DNA of 59,005 nt, counting the filler, from Stramenopiles sp. TOSAG23-2 (taxonomy: Eukaryota): NCBI GenBank assembly GCA_900128395.1. It is 3 parts of 3 records of this genome, joined end to end, with 100 filler letters (N's around TTAATTAATTAA, not from the genome) between each part and the next. Parts side by side here need not be neighbours in the genome. Positions count along the whole stretch, not along the records: positions 19,788 to 39,352 come from LT649578.1; positions 39,453 to 59,005 come from LT649579.1; 1 more part is not named here. One strand, given 5' to 3'. The translations under genes were made by a program, and so were the position numbers. Below, in pieces: positions 32,361 through 45,100 of the stretch (within the stretch, counting starts at the first letter, position 1; every line of letters begins with the position of its first letter). The notes under the pieces are model-generated. The model was not told the origin of the DNA and made no database searches. It was given only the letters and a program-made list of their open reading frames with translations.

Positions 32361-34880
32361 CTATTTCAATGGCTGGTCAAAGCTTGCTTTGACTTTTTCT
32401 AAAATTTTCTTCACTTTCTTTTTATCCGCATTATAATATTTACTAAAAGTAGATGAAGTTTGAAATAAATAAATATCAGTATCCCTTTCCGGTCTCCAAT
32501 GTTTATTTCCGTTTTTACTAAATTGGGGTTGATGTTGAAACCCATATAGAAAAGCATGTTTATCCTTTTCAACTCGAATACTACCTCGCTGAAATATCTT
32601 TAATTTTTTAAGCTCTTTTCCAACTTTGGTTCGTTTTCCGAAATGACCAAAAAACACAGCAAACGATAAGTTATCACCTCTCCTTTCAGCGTTCTCCAGT
32701 AATTGCTTAATTTTTTCCAATGTATTTTTAACACTGCTGATATCAAATGGAGGATTCGCTTCCCAACTTCCAGTCATTTGATTATTATCCTTGTCAAAAA
32801 AACTTCCAAGACTACCAAAACATCTATCAGTATCTGGAAAGGCAGAATAAAATTTTGGTAAACGATGATTTAATGGGGATGCAAAACATTCGCCTTCTAC
32901 TTTTAAGTTTGTTTTTAATGCATGAAATACTTCATCTGGTAATGCACCATGAGCACCACTATTTTTATGCCATAACGTATGATACCTTTGCATCATGGAA
33001 AATATCCTTTTTAAGAATAATGGCGTACGATTGTCATAATTTGCATAGCGATATATTATTTTTTTGTCGTCGGTACAGATTGTTGCTTTGTTATGATCCC
33101 TCTCTAGTTTATGGTAATACTTTGTGAACATTGTTATAAAGCTACTTTCTCTATTCTTATTAAAAGGTATATATTCTAAACGAGTTGTCTTCAAATGATT
33201 ATTATTATGGTGTACAAAAACCCGGCCCTTATCCACTCGGGATTTAGCATCCTGTTGTATCTTCGCCTTTGTTTTTTCTATACATAACATTATCTCGCTG
33301 TACAGCTTTTCCCCCCATTCTACAGGATATTCTACATCAAATTGACTACGTAATCGATTTAGAAAATCTGTCTTATTGCTTTCATTTCTATCCGGCAACA
33401 TGCGATCTTTACCATGTAAAATCAACGAATTTTTCATATTTTTTTTTTTACCAGCATGTGTCCACTGCTCATCCTCTTTTTGACACAATGCACCTTCACG
33501 GCTACAATCAAAAATCCAATTAGATAGCACTTTAGATGCATTTTTCTCCCTATTTTTCTTTTTATATAAATCCAAACTTTGGATTTTCCTATCAAGCTCG
33601 TCCATTTCCTTTGCAGAAGAAATTTTATCTTTTAAATCTTTGAATTTTTTTGCAACTTCTTCTCCTATATAAGAAATGATTTTCTCCATACATTCTTGAC
33701 GATATCGTTCATGTTGTGGAAAAACGTAATTAAATGACCCTAATAATACGTTAGTTTCCAGTAATTGCGGTGGTGGAGTGTTTGCGCCGAGATAAAATAT
33801 CATGCCAAACCATCTATAATTAAATACACGATTTTCAGTAAAGTTTTGCAACCAATTGGAATGCACTCTGTTCCTGCTTTTTTCCAAATCTGCTTTTTCC
33901 AAACGAAACGTCCTATTCGATATTACAATTGGTAGCATACGCTTGTATTGTACTAAAACGTCTAAAAAAAACCATTTTTTGTTTGTTGATATGTGAAATG
34001 AGTTTGGATATCTTTCTTTTATCGTTTTATATTCAGCACAACATTTTGTACATTCGCTATCCATTTCGATAGGCATACTGAATAAAATATTACTATAACC
34101 ATAACCATCTTCCATTAAGTCTTTCATGGCTGTTGCAATAGCTTTTCCTTTATTATTTGGAGCTTCTTCGGCTGCTGCAATGTTGTAAGCATCTATTATA
34201 AGAAATGGATTTTCTCTTATATTAATACCTTTTTGATTAATTAATAAATTTATCTTTCGCTTAATAGTAGTAATAGGCTCCGGTTTTGCTCTTAGTTTTT
34301 TATTCGTTTTGAATTTATTCTGCACATTTTGTTTTGTTTTGTGCGACACTATACTAAAAATTTTCGATTGTAAATCAAAAGTTTTATTATGTTCCTTTGA
34401 TTTTATTTCTGTATTACGTTTGAAACAAAGATGTTTCGTCGTCCCTACTAAGAGTACATCACGGCCCATCACGATGTTAGCACCAGCAATCATTTGTTGT
34501 ACTTCTTCATTTTTAATTTTTTTTTTACTTTTTTTGTTTTTCGATCGTCGAATATTATGTGCTTGGCAAATTTGTTTGACAAATACTTGTGCTTTAAATC
34601 TTTTATGCCAGTTAACCTTTTTGCAAATATTTAATTTTGGTTTACACGTTGCAACAAAAATACCATTGTAATATTTTTTTGTCGTCAAATTCTTTAAAAA
34701 TAAAAGCGTTTCGAATGGGTTGATGCTAGATTGTAAAAGTGAAAGTTCTTTTTCTGGGCTTCCAAACACGGAAAAATCAATACAGCCTTTTTCCGTTTTT
34801 GCGTCGCAATGAAATTCAAATCCTGTTAATAATTTTTCTTCGGCATTGTGATATAGTGAATCAGATGCGATTTCAGTCAT
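32361..34880 (-). CDS. PCIF1: PCIF1/CAPAM-family adenosine N6-methyltransferase domain protein with a long unrecognised N-terminus
   Basis: GALPDEVF, ECFASPLN, SAFPDTD..FGSLGSFF, GSWEANPPF (catalytic NPPF), H.FLYGFQH. Confidence 0.82.
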   Translation of the reverse strand: MTEIASDSLYHNAEEKLLTGFEFHCDAKTEKGCIDFSVFGSPEKELSLLQSSINPFETLLFLKNLTTKKYYNGIFVATCKPKLNICKKVNWHKRFKAQVFVKQICQAHNIRRSKNKKSKKKIKNEEVQQMIAGANIVMGRDVLLVGTTKHLCFKRNTEIKSKEHNKTFDLQSKIFSIVSHKTKQNVQNKFKTNKKLRAKPEPITTIKRKINLLINQKGINIRENPFLIIDAYNIAAAEEAPNNKGKAIATAMKDLMEDGYGYSNILFSMPIEMDSECTKCCAEYKTIKERYPNSFHISTNKKWFFLDVLVQYKRMLPIVISNRTFRLEKADLEKSRNRVHSNWLQNFTENRVFNYRWFGMIFYLGANTPPPQLLETNVLLGSFNYVFPQHERYRQECMEKIISYIGEEVAKKFKDLKDKISSAKEMDELDRKIQSLDLYKKKNREKNASKVLSNWIFDCSREGALCQKEDEQWTHAGKKKNMKNSLILHGKDRMLPDRNESNKTDFLNRLRSQFDVEYPVEWGEKLYSEIMLCIEKTKAKIQQDAKSRVDKGRVFVHHNNNHLKTTRLEYIPFNKNRESSFITMFTKYYHKLERDHNKATICTDDKKIIYRYANYDNRTPLFLKRIFSMMQRYHTLWHKNSGAHGALPDEVFHALKTNLKVEGECFASPLNHRLPKFYSAFPDTDRCFGSLGSFFDKDNNQMTGSWEANPPFDISSVKNTLEKIKQLLENAERRGDNLSFAVFFGHFGKRTKVGKELKKLKIFQRGSIRVEKDKHAFLYGFQHQPQFSKNGNKHWRPERDTDIYLFQTSSTFSKYYNADKKKVKKILEKVKASFDQPLK

Positions 34881-36195
34881 ATTTTTTGTGTTGTGTTGTC
34901 GGTTATATATTTGTTGTATGTATTTTTGTTCTCTTGATCAACTACTAGCTTTTTTTAATTATATTATATTAGCGAGCAATGTTTTAATTTTAAATTTAAA
35001 ATATAATATTACGGAAAGTGAACGTATATCGTTTTGTGGCTTAAATATAATTAATATTGTTTTTATTTAAATAGTTTATATTGGTTTATCGTTCTATATA
35101 GTTTTTTGCTCTTTCTTTTCTGTGTTATATTTTTGTTTTGTTACACTTTTCTCTGTGTCTGTATATATATACGAGGTCAAGAGGTCATTTTTATATAACA
35201 CAGACTTCTTATTGAACTACTTATTATACTACCTCTTATACTTAACTACTATTGCTATTGCACTTCGCAATAATAGCCAGGAAAGTTGCAACAAGTTAGT
35301 CATAAAAAACAATGCTGTGCTGTTATAAATTATATTGTGTAAAATGACCTGTAAAATCAAGAACCAATTTAAAATGTTGGTCTCTTCATGCTGTGTGTAT
35401 GTATTGCACTTTTTTTGTACTTGTTACGAAATAATAGTCCCAATTTTAGAGGTTAACATATAAGGTCACATAAAGTAAATAACAGCAGTCCCGATTATGC
35501 AATATTAGACTACAATATGAGCCTATAATATCAAAATTGCTGTGGATATGAATTTGTGATCAAATCTATAAATCTGGAAATATGTTAGCTGGAAATACTC
35601 TGGACCTCTCACTATTTCAATAATTCTGAAATACTACTTTTAAATTTATACTTAAATCTATTGATATTGTGTGTTTAAGAAATGTCAATGTCCGAATTCG
35701 AGAATGATGATACGTTGTATATATAGAAGGGATTATAATATTTAAGGTTTAATATGCTAGGGATTATTAGTATACGAAGATTCAGGGAGAGGGATTTGTT
35801 TGGGTTTAAGGTTTAGTTTATCGTTTACGTTGCAAAAAAAACAAACTTATACACACACCAAACACACATTTACATTGAAAACAAAGATGGGAGAAGGACA
35901 CATGAAGGAAGGACATTATAGACGTATGTATATATATATATATTACAGCAAGAGTTATCCATTGGATACAATACAACAATTTTTATCTTATATAAATAAC
36001 TTCCATCCTCTCTTCTTGTTGTGGAAGATATTTAATATATATATATATATATAATATATTGTAAATCATTTATTTTATCATATAAATAATATTGATAGTA
36101 GGAATAATATAATTTATATATATTATTACAATTACAAAAAAGGGGTAATATATCATATACATATAAAGAAAGATAAAACAAAAAACAAAATAACG

Positions 36196-36928
36196 ATGAA
36201 ACAAAAAAATGTATCACGTTGGGCAATGCGACAACCATTGAAAAAAACACCTGAAAAAGTTATTGTTCCATCGGCATCAAAAAAACATAATAATAATAAT
36301 AAAAAATCCAAATGCAAATGTAAACGATTTGAGTGACTTAGTATTGAAAATTTTAAAAGATTTAGCACAATCGAAACATTTACAAGCAAAAGTAAAATTA
36401 GAACAAGAAAAGAAAAAACCTGGTCGTAAAATACAAATTACACCAGAACAAGCGGAGGAACATGCAATATGGGATGCAATTGAAGTTAGAAAAACAAATC
36501 ATGAACCACCAGTATTAAAAGAAACAATACGTGGTATGGAAATATTAGAAGCGCATGTATATGATTTATTAGATATTGTGGCAAATACACGACCAGATTT
36601 ATTAAAAGATCCTGATGCGGTATATCATGGTTCATTTAACAAAGCATTACTTTCCATGCACGGCGATGGCAACAACAATAATAATAATAACAAATCACAT
36701 TTAAATTTGGATATTAATACTTCGTTTGATAAAAGACGTTCATCGTATTTTGGTCCACCTAGTCCATATCAAAAGAATAGGGCATTATCAATACATAAAA
36801 CAAAGCATGGTATTAAATCTTCATATCAACATGCGGAGGAGAAAGAAGGTGAGCCAGTATCGCATTTAGGTGTTCTATCGACGGAGCAATTGCGTAAACA
36901 TATGATGATGATGGGGAATACGGTGTGA
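36196..36928 (+). CDS. Hypothetical protein interrupted by an apparent one-base frameshift near 36301-36306
   Basis: ATG at 36196 reads MKQKNVSRWAMRQP... and stops at 36334-36336. The +1 frame (NPNANVNDLSDLV...) is open to 36928. The junction lies at an AAT repeat and A6 run. Confidence 0.5.
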
Positions 36929-37420
36929 TATGTGTGTGGTGTGTGTGGTGTTGGTTGGTTGTTTTTGTGTTACAATTTAAATTATTTATACCATATTTTA
37001 AAATCAGTGATATACACATTATAACATTATATAGCATTATTTTTAATATTAATAGCGTCAAAAAGCTTCTTTATCCGTACCAAAAGTATATATACAGTGT
37101 TTTGATTTATTTGATTGGTAAATTAAGGTAAATTTACCGCAAAATTTTTTTTGGACAAAAATTAAAAAAAAAAATCCGGATGATTTTTTTAATTTTTGTT
37201 AGAGAGGATCCTCTCTAATTTTTGTACAACTAATTATAATATATATATATTAATATATATTATAAGTCACCAGAAACATCTGGGAGATGCAAGAATCGGA
37301 AATAACTTATTTACCAATTACATTATATATAAGAATTACATTGTACGATTATCATCACACCATAAAAATATACACATCGATTACGATATTGATACTTCAT
37401 ATACATATCTTAAAAAAAAA

Positions 37421-38683
37421 ATGAAGTACCCCAACATTTACATTCTCACCATCATATCGTTATCTCATTTAATATTATTTATTAATACTTCCATTAATGC
37501 AACTATTATTATTTCCGATAATAATAATAGTGGATTAAGACGACAACCATTTAATAATATAAACAAAGACGATACTAGTTATGGTCATACCTTTCTAGTC
37601 AAAGTACATAATAATACAAAATATGGTACCCGTATATATGTTCATACCGATTGCCGTGTTGCTTTATTAGATGGAAATAATATACAAAAAGAAATGGCAA
37701 ATTCACTTATTGCTATATCAAATCCATTAGGATCACCGTGTAATAAAAATGATGTAAATGGAATAGGTGTTAGTACAAGTGGTACATATGCTATCGTTAC
37801 ATATGGTACAAGTATTTCTGTTTTATCTTTTGCAGAAAACGATGAGGATGATGATTTAAATATTCCCAAAACACTAAAAACATTACAATCGAGACCCGTC
37901 AATATCATCAGTAATGATAACAATGTTTTTGTTACATATAAAAGAATAACAAATGGTATCTATGATAAAAAAAATAATCGTGATTTATTTATTGGAATTG
38001 GTTGGGATCAACAAAATGATGGGCATGTATTAATTATTGCTTCTAGTGGAGAAGGTGCAACATTATCGTTAAAAATTATTGCATCTTTAAAAATTGGACC
38101 TGATTTATATGATGTAAGACCATATGATGGTTATTATTTACTTGATTCGTTAATGGTAGCAAATTGTAAAAGTGGTTTACAAGTATTGAATTATGATGTG
38201 GAGAAAAACCAATTAGTAAAAGTACCAAAAGGTGCATTTCCACTTTCATATTCAAGTGGAAGTACTGCGGATGGTATGGATGTGACACCTAATTTTGCTT
38301 ATATCGCAGCACAAGGAGATGGTTTATATGTCTTTGATTTGAAAAAAAAACAATTAGTCGGTAAAACGAATGATGGTTTAAATAGTGGTTGGGCTGGAGG
38401 TGTACGTGCAATAGGTAATTTAGCATTAATAGCAGCAGATCCTGGTTTAGTAATTTATGATATCAAAGATCCAACAAAACCTACATTGAAATATGTATGC
38501 AAAATGGGTGGAAAAGGGAAAGGATGGAATATTGCTCTTGATAAATCTAGTAATACCGTATTTTTAGCTGATAATGAAGGTGGATTACAAATAGTTCAAT
38601 TAATAGATGGTGGTAAAGCTAAAATTATTGGACATTTTGGTATGGGCGTTATACAAGATTGCGATGGATCGGGAGGGGATTAA
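37421..38683 (+). CDS. Secreted LVIVD-repeat/beta-propeller protein
   Basis: Signal peptide from the ATG at 37421 (MKYPNIYILTIISL...). Repeats VANCKSGLQVLN, AYIAAQGDGLYVFD, ALIAADPGLVIYDIKDPTKP and VFLADNEGGLQIV. Confidence 0.82.
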   Translation: MKYPNIYILTIISLSHLILFINTSINATIIISDNNNSGLRRQPFNNINKDDTSYGHTFLVKVHNNTKYGTRIYVHTDCRVALLDGNNIQKEMANSLIAISNPLGSPCNKNDVNGIGVSTSGTYAIVTYGTSISVLSFAENDEDDDLNIPKTLKTLQSRPVNIISNDNNVFVTYKRITNGIYDKKNNRDLFIGIGWDQQNDGHVLIIASSGEGATLSLKIIASLKIGPDLYDVRPYDGYYLLDSLMVANCKSGLQVLNYDVEKNQLVKVPKGAFPLSYSSGSTADGMDVTPNFAYIAAQGDGLYVFDLKKKQLVGKTNDGLNSGWAGGVRAIGNLALIAADPGLVIYDIKDPTKPTLKYVCKMGGKGKGWNIALDKSSNTVFLADNEGGLQIVQLIDGGKAKIIGHFGMGVIQDCDGSGGD

Positions 38684-38858
38684 AAAGGTTAATGGTGGTG
38701 GTTTGAGAGAGAAAATTTAAAAATATTTTTACACAGAGATAGACTATTATGTTTTTTAAAAATGATACTCCGTATAATACGACTCGTATATATGATGATG
38801 TGGATAAAAAAAAATGATAATATATCGATATGTGATATGTGGTTGTGTATTACTCTTT

Positions 38859-39220
38859 TTATAAATCTTTTGTATACACGGTAAAATCACAATCACATGC
38901 TAACATTGGTACAATTTGTGGATATGCACTATTGAAATCTTCTGTTATTCCTTTTTTATATTTCAACTTGGTATACCATAAATTCAATCGTTTCTTAAAT
39001 GGATGTTCATAACTTTTTGGTGTTAAAAGTTCCAATCTAATTTGTTTACAATTTGAATTTTTACAATATTCTTCTGCACAATTAATTAATAATGTTCCAA
39101 TTCCTTGTCCTAAATAATTTTTATTTACAGCTAACATACCAAGCTCACCAAGCTCTGAATTTTCATTAAAACAATTTGTTACATAGACACTACCAACAAT
39201 AATTTCTTTTTCTTTCACAA
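38859..39220 (-). CDS. GNAT acetyltransferase, 3' part only
   Basis: IVGSVYV, ELGMLAV, acetyl-CoA motif YLGQGIGTLL..AE, WYTKLKY. No ATG. A possible TAG acceptor near 39221 suggests the upstream exon is lost at the contig end. Confidence 0.78.
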
Positions 39221-39352
39221 CTATTATATTATTATTTTCTCACGCGGTGATGTAGAAGTAGAGGAAACAAGAATAAGTAGATATGTAATTGTAATAATAC
39301 TTAGTAATATATTATTACAAGAAGATTGATATTTGAATTTCACCATCCTTTT

Positions 39353-39452
39353 NNNNNNNNNNNNNNNNNNNNNNNNNNNNNNNNNNNNNNNNNNNNTTAA
39401 TTAATTAANNNNNNNNNNNNNNNNNNNNNNNNNNNNNNNNNNNNNNNNNNNN
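39353..39452. other. Artificial contig spacer (N44-TTAATTAATTAA-N44)
   Basis: Same 100-bp linker as 19688-19787. Confidence 0.97.
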
Positions 39453-39454
39453 AC

Positions 39455-39455
39455 G

Positions 39456-39486
<31 letters not shown>

Positions 39487-41386
39487 CAACAACAACAATA
39501 ATTCCGATTCTGACGAAGGTACTGAATGGTTACATTCCGACCATGAAGAAGTAGAAGTCGATAAATATAAGACACAAACTGAATTAGCCATGGCACGTAT
39601 GGTAGCAGGTCAACGAGAATCAACTGTAATAGCATCAGTAGCGGCAAGGGAAGCAGCTAAGTTGAAATATGAAGTTGCAAAACATTTAGAAACGAACAAA
39701 GCTCTTGAGAAAAAAATTAGAGATGGTTTAGATCGTGAAAGAGCTATGACATTATCCCGTTCAAAGGATAAAATGGAAGTTCGTGAATTGAAATATCGTG
39801 TGACATATTTAACCAAAGAATTGCAAGTTATGAAAGATGCAGATGAGAAAGGGAATAGCAAAACAAAAGCACGAATAGAAAGTATGGTAAATGCATTGAA
39901 TGAACTGGAAGATTTTGTTGGTGCAAGAGCACGTGCCGTCCAACGGGATGTCAGGCATTTAAAAGCATTATTATCATCATTACAACGGCATATGTCTCGT
40001 GGTTTTGTTTCTTCTACATCGCAAACTGGACAACGTTTAATTACCGCATTGTGGAAAATTTCAGAGTCCATCATTAATTCTGCCGGCCCAGAAGCATTAC
40101 CAAAAGCTGGAATGGCACAAGCACATGTACATACATTTCGTAACAAAGGTGCATCACCATATAGCAAAGATAATAAGAATAACAACAACAATAATAATAA
40201 TTCAAAACGTTTGTTGACAAATAACAAAGGAGAGGAAGACCAACATGTTAATCTTGCCACAACTATGGATGGTATTGTAAATGATTTAGAAAATGAAAAT
40301 AGAAAGTTACGTGCAGAATTAGATGTTATTCGAAATGATTTTATAGTAGAACAACAAAAATCGAAAGATGCTGCTTTAATTCCACAATATAGAACGGCTG
40401 TTAGAAGAGCACGGGCACATGCTGAAAGTTTACGACAACGACTTTCAAGTGAAATACAGGAAAAACAAGTAGTCTTGAAAAAATTGCATGTAATGGAACG
40501 AAAATGGCGTCAAGCTGCAATGTTATCTACGGCAAATGCAGAGCGATCTGTATTAGCAGATGCAACTGCAGTCCAATCACATCGAATGCTTTCAAAACAA
40601 GCACAAGAATTAGCAAATGAACGTGCTGCGTATCAACAAGCATATGATGATATAGCAAGAACAGCAGAGGCGCAACAGAAATTAATTGTAGAATTACAAC
40701 GAATTGTAGATGAGCAACGAGAACAATTAGAATTAGCACCATTAACAAGTGGAAATCATAGTAATAATAAGAATAAGAACAATAATCGTATGTTATATCA
40801 TCAACAACAACAAGGGAAAAATAGACCGAGTGGTAATATGATATCAACAACAGGAATGCAAAATGTTGGTATGGGTGATTTTGATTTTGAAAATGCAGAT
40901 GCTCAAGTTATAACACAAATGCCACCAAGAAATAATGATAATAATGCAGATCAGGATATATCATCTGTTGCCCAAACTTTAAATAATAACAGCAACAAGA
41001 ACAACAAAAATATTGGTAGTATAACGACAGATGATGTTCGATCGATTGGTAGTAGTACAGATGCAGGCACGGAGTTGCTAGGAGAAAATGCTTCGATGAC
41101 AGTAGCAGCTTTAAATAATGATTTGCAATCTTTGGATAGTGAAATAGCTGATTTACAAGAAAGTTTAAGGCGTATACAAATGAATGCTGGCAATACCACT
41201 ACATCTACAACAGCAGAATTACCACCACCACCACCATCGACAGCATTTGTAAATAATCCCAACAACAATAATAATGATAATGCGAAGAACAATATAGGTA
41301 GTAACAATGTTAATGACGTTCCTGTACAACCAGCACCAAACAACGAGACAACTGATGTGCAATTGGATCAAGAAATTTTGTTGTGA
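39455..41386 (+). CDS. Long coiled-coil protein, 5'-partial
   Basis: Frame is open from the contig start through the ATG at 39590; heptad-rich segments separated by poly-Asn linkers. Confidence 0.75.
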
Positions 41387-42161
41387 TGCGGTTCCTCAGA
41401 TATGATAGATATATATTAATGATTTACCTGGAGATATTATCTCGCCTGTATTTGGAAAATTGAATGTAGTAGAACGCGTGTGCGTCGTGCGTCAATTTTG
41501 TGCGGTGTGGTGCAACAAATATTTTTTATTGCGCATATATGCGTGTGTCTAGTGTCTGTTTTTTATTTTAAAAATATATAAAAATGACTCTTTTTTAAAT
41601 TTTTACGTAATACGGCGGTACATATTATTTTAAAGACACACTCTTCTTGACTAAAATTATAAAAAAATTTCAAACTCTTTCTCTAATCCTCGACGTGTAA
41701 TCTTTATTGATGATTGAGATTCAATAAAAAAATCTCTTCTCATCAGAACTTCTTTTTTCTTTTTTTTTTTGACATTGACTTTCGACACTAATTCACATTT
41801 TTTTTTCCTATTTTTTATTTGTTTTTCTTCATCAAAAAATCAAAAGCTTTTTGTAAATTTTAATATTACATAACAACTTTCTCCTTTTTAACTTTTTTTC
41901 CTATTGGTGAAATGTTTATTTTATTTTTTGAACAAAACAATATATTTAAATTTTCTACTATTTTATCTATCTATTTACTAAAACCTATCAACTATTGCTA
42001 TTATATAAATATTTGTTTTGTCCTAAAATGTTTTTTTACATTTCTTTTACATTTATTTGTATTGCATCCCTTATACATACAATGTAAATAAACTATTACT
42101 ATACTAACTATATTCTGTCCTAACGTTTTGTTTTTCTCTTTCTTTTTTGTTGTTATAAAAT

Positions 42162-42884
42162 TTATTCATACAAAATTTCCAATGTCAACATCAAATCCAA
42201 ATTACTACGGCAACTGCAAATATGATCTAAGCAATTGTCAAGTAATGCAACTTCACGTTGTAATTGATCAAGCGTTGGTCTTTCAACAAATTTCACACTT
42301 TTGATAAATGCATTTGGTAACCATTTACCAGCTTGTTGTACTGCATCACGCTCATGTATACTATCACCAAAGGAGATAATATTTTTCTCAACACCACCTG
42401 CCATGAATTTATTGCATTCATCTAATTGCTCTTGAAATGCATGTATTTTCCATTTCAATGGGTTGTCTGGAAATTCCGGTTCATAATTTGTACGCGCAGA
42501 TATAACTTGGATTTGCGATAAAAGCGTTTCCGTTTTTGGCATAAAACGTGCAGCGCTCAATTCGACCCAACCACGCTCAGCATTGGTGATGATAACACAG
42601 TTGCCATATGTCATTGCTTTTGATAACACATTAAAAACTGCCGCGTCATGCGGTGCAAGTGCTTGGACGACATCCTCTGGAATAATTTCCGGGTAGTCTA
42701 ATCGTAAGCCTTTCAAGTTTAGCCATGTGCTTGGCAATAACGTATCATCCCAATCGAAGATCAACTCAGCAGTTGGTTCTTCAATGTCCAAATCTTCCAA
42801 TGCATAATCATAATCTGGTTCAATATCGTCAATAAAATGTGACGAAGGTGACTCAGGTTGTATGATCATAGTTGATGCCGACAT
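42162..42884 (-). CDS. HAD-superfamily phosphatase-like protein of a type common in protists
   Basis: Motif I IFDWDDTLLP, motif II IITNA..GWV, WK, motif IV ISFGDS..ER, KSVKF...P. Confidence 0.85.
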   Translation of the reverse strand: MSASTMIIQPESPSSHFIDDIEPDYDYALEDLDIEEPTAELIFDWDDTLLPSTWLNLKGLRLDYPEIIPEDVVQALAPHDAAVFNVLSKAMTYGNCVIITNAERGWVELSAARFMPKTETLLSQIQVISARTNYEPEFPDNPLKWKIHAFQEQLDECNKFMAGGVEKNIISFGDSIHERDAVQQAGKWLPNAFIKSVKFVERPTLDQLQREVALLDNCLDHICSCRSNLDLMLTLEILYE

Positions 42885-44893
42885 TTTTTGTTAATATCCA
42901 AATATTATGTATACTACTAATACAAAATGACAAAATATAAATCAACTAACAATTTTCTCTACCTTCCAATTTTCTAATATGGGTTTTCCTATAAAACACG
43001 GATGTAACTTTTCTTATGTACTAATTCTTTTTATTATGTTTAAAAATATATATGCGACAATTTAATGTAATAAATATATTTCTTTTCTATTTAAACCTAA
43101 TAAAAACGTTATGTTACAACGCGAGTAATTTGTTTTAACTTATTAAACTTCTTAATAATCTTGGTATATATATAATTCAACAACGTATTCGTATTATTAT
43201 TGCTTCTTCTTCTATTTCTCTAGACAAAATAATGTGCTCTATCTATTCTATTTGTCGAGAAAGAATATGAAATATAATAATATAAAAAGATCGTTATCTA
43301 CTTTTTTTTTTCTATTATATATGTACTAAATATAATACCAAAATGTTTTTTTGTAAAATGTGCGAAGTATTAATGAAGTTAACCTAGGAAACTAAACCAA
43401 CAATTAAAAAACAAAAACCTACCTTTTAAAGGAAGGAAAGGGAAGAAGAGAAAGGGAAAGGGGGGAGAAAAGAATGAAAAGGGAAAGCGAGAACCGATAA
43501 ATCGTCCGATATGTGTTACATCTGCTACATATATATTTCTATAAATATATATATTTGTTTAGATGTATTTTCCCATTGTTATACGTTTTATTTACTACTT
43601 GATGGTTAATGATCAAACTACTCTTCCAACTATTCTTGGGATGTATTTAGTAATGCTGTGTCTATGCTATTTATAACAATCATAGGAAATAGAAGATATA
43701 CTAATAGTATACACTTTTGTTTTTTTAAAAACTACTACATATTTCCAGAAATTTCTGTGAAGGGTGCTAGGAGTTGGTGATGTTCATCTATACAATGCTA
43801 TGTACGTAATTTTAAAAATACGAAATGTCAGTTATGTATAGCACTATATAGCAATGGAGAGAAAAACTTTGTGATGTGTGGATTCATTTTTTTTTTGTGG
43901 CCAGTCAATTTTAAACAGAGAACGATACTATCGTTCTGTATCGTTCTCTCTAATTTTCCAATTTTTATGGCATATATGAAATATACCATAACAATATCCG
44001 TATAATATTAAATATAATAAATTATTTTTATAGTTATAAAAACTTATAAATACTATCATGATTTCCATATTTATATTTTCAGATTCCCAAAATTTAGAAC
44101 AATTTTATCGAACGATAAATCTCATTTTTTTATCTTTTATCTAGCATGGACACAGCATGAGAGAACGATACTTTTTCATGCGATATTTTGGACCTCAATG
44201 CTATTTCCATGCTAAAGTATCGTTCTCTGAAAAAAATTGACTGGGCTGGCCCAGCTGGCATTCCATCCAGGCATTTATTGATGAATAATTCTAGAATAAT
44301 TAGTACGGAATTTGAGCATACATCAATGTAATAATATAAATATACTTCCAATCAAAATTCAGGTTACCTACGTATATTCTATACTAAATGACAGTAATAT
44401 ACCTATCAAATATATCAATGGTCTTCCAGTATAGTGTCCTGACGTCAGACGTGTAAATGTGTACATTACTGGAATTACATGTAATATTTATACCTTTTTG
44501 TAATATAATCATTGATGCGTTTTCCACAAGCACAACATTTTGATAAATACGATTCATTATTTATTTATGAATTATTATTTATGAATTATATTTATTATTC
44601 TTTATACAATCACACATTATATTAGAAGACCCTATAACAATCCATACATCATCACTTTTTTCACATTGATATATCTAATATATCTATAATATATTATTAT
44701 TATTAATAATAATAATACGTAATATGGGAAAATTAAAAAATAGAAAAGGTAATCATAAAAATCATAGTCATCAATCACATACACATCATGGACATAGTCA
44801 TCATTCCCATCAACGACATGATGAAGATGATTTAGATTATGAAAAAAAAGAACAGCAACGAGCACGCGATGAATTATTAAATCATGAAATATC

Positions 44894-45100
44894 ATGATTC
44901 GACATTTATAATTGTGCATTAATTTTCATGGTGTTTACGTATGTATTTTTGCACAACAATACGTAAACATGATCTATAGATTTACTTCTTTATGTATGAT
45001 TCGACATTTATAATTGTGCATTAATTTTCATGGTGTTTACGTATGTATGAATGCACAACAATACGTAAACATGATCTATAGATTTACTTCTTTATGTATG
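44894..45100. repeat. 102-bp tandem duplication (2 copies), each with an internal inverted repeat
   Basis: atgattcgacatttataattgtgc... starts at 44894 and 44996; the copies differ at about 3 nt. Each contains the tgtttacgtat/atacgtaaaca stem. Confidence 0.92.

Noticed and set aside
37196-37420. N-terminal extension of the LVIVD protein from the TTG start in the ORF track
   Set aside because: It is an AT-rich leader. The ATG at 37421 gives a proper signal peptide, and non-ATG starts in the track were generally disregarded.
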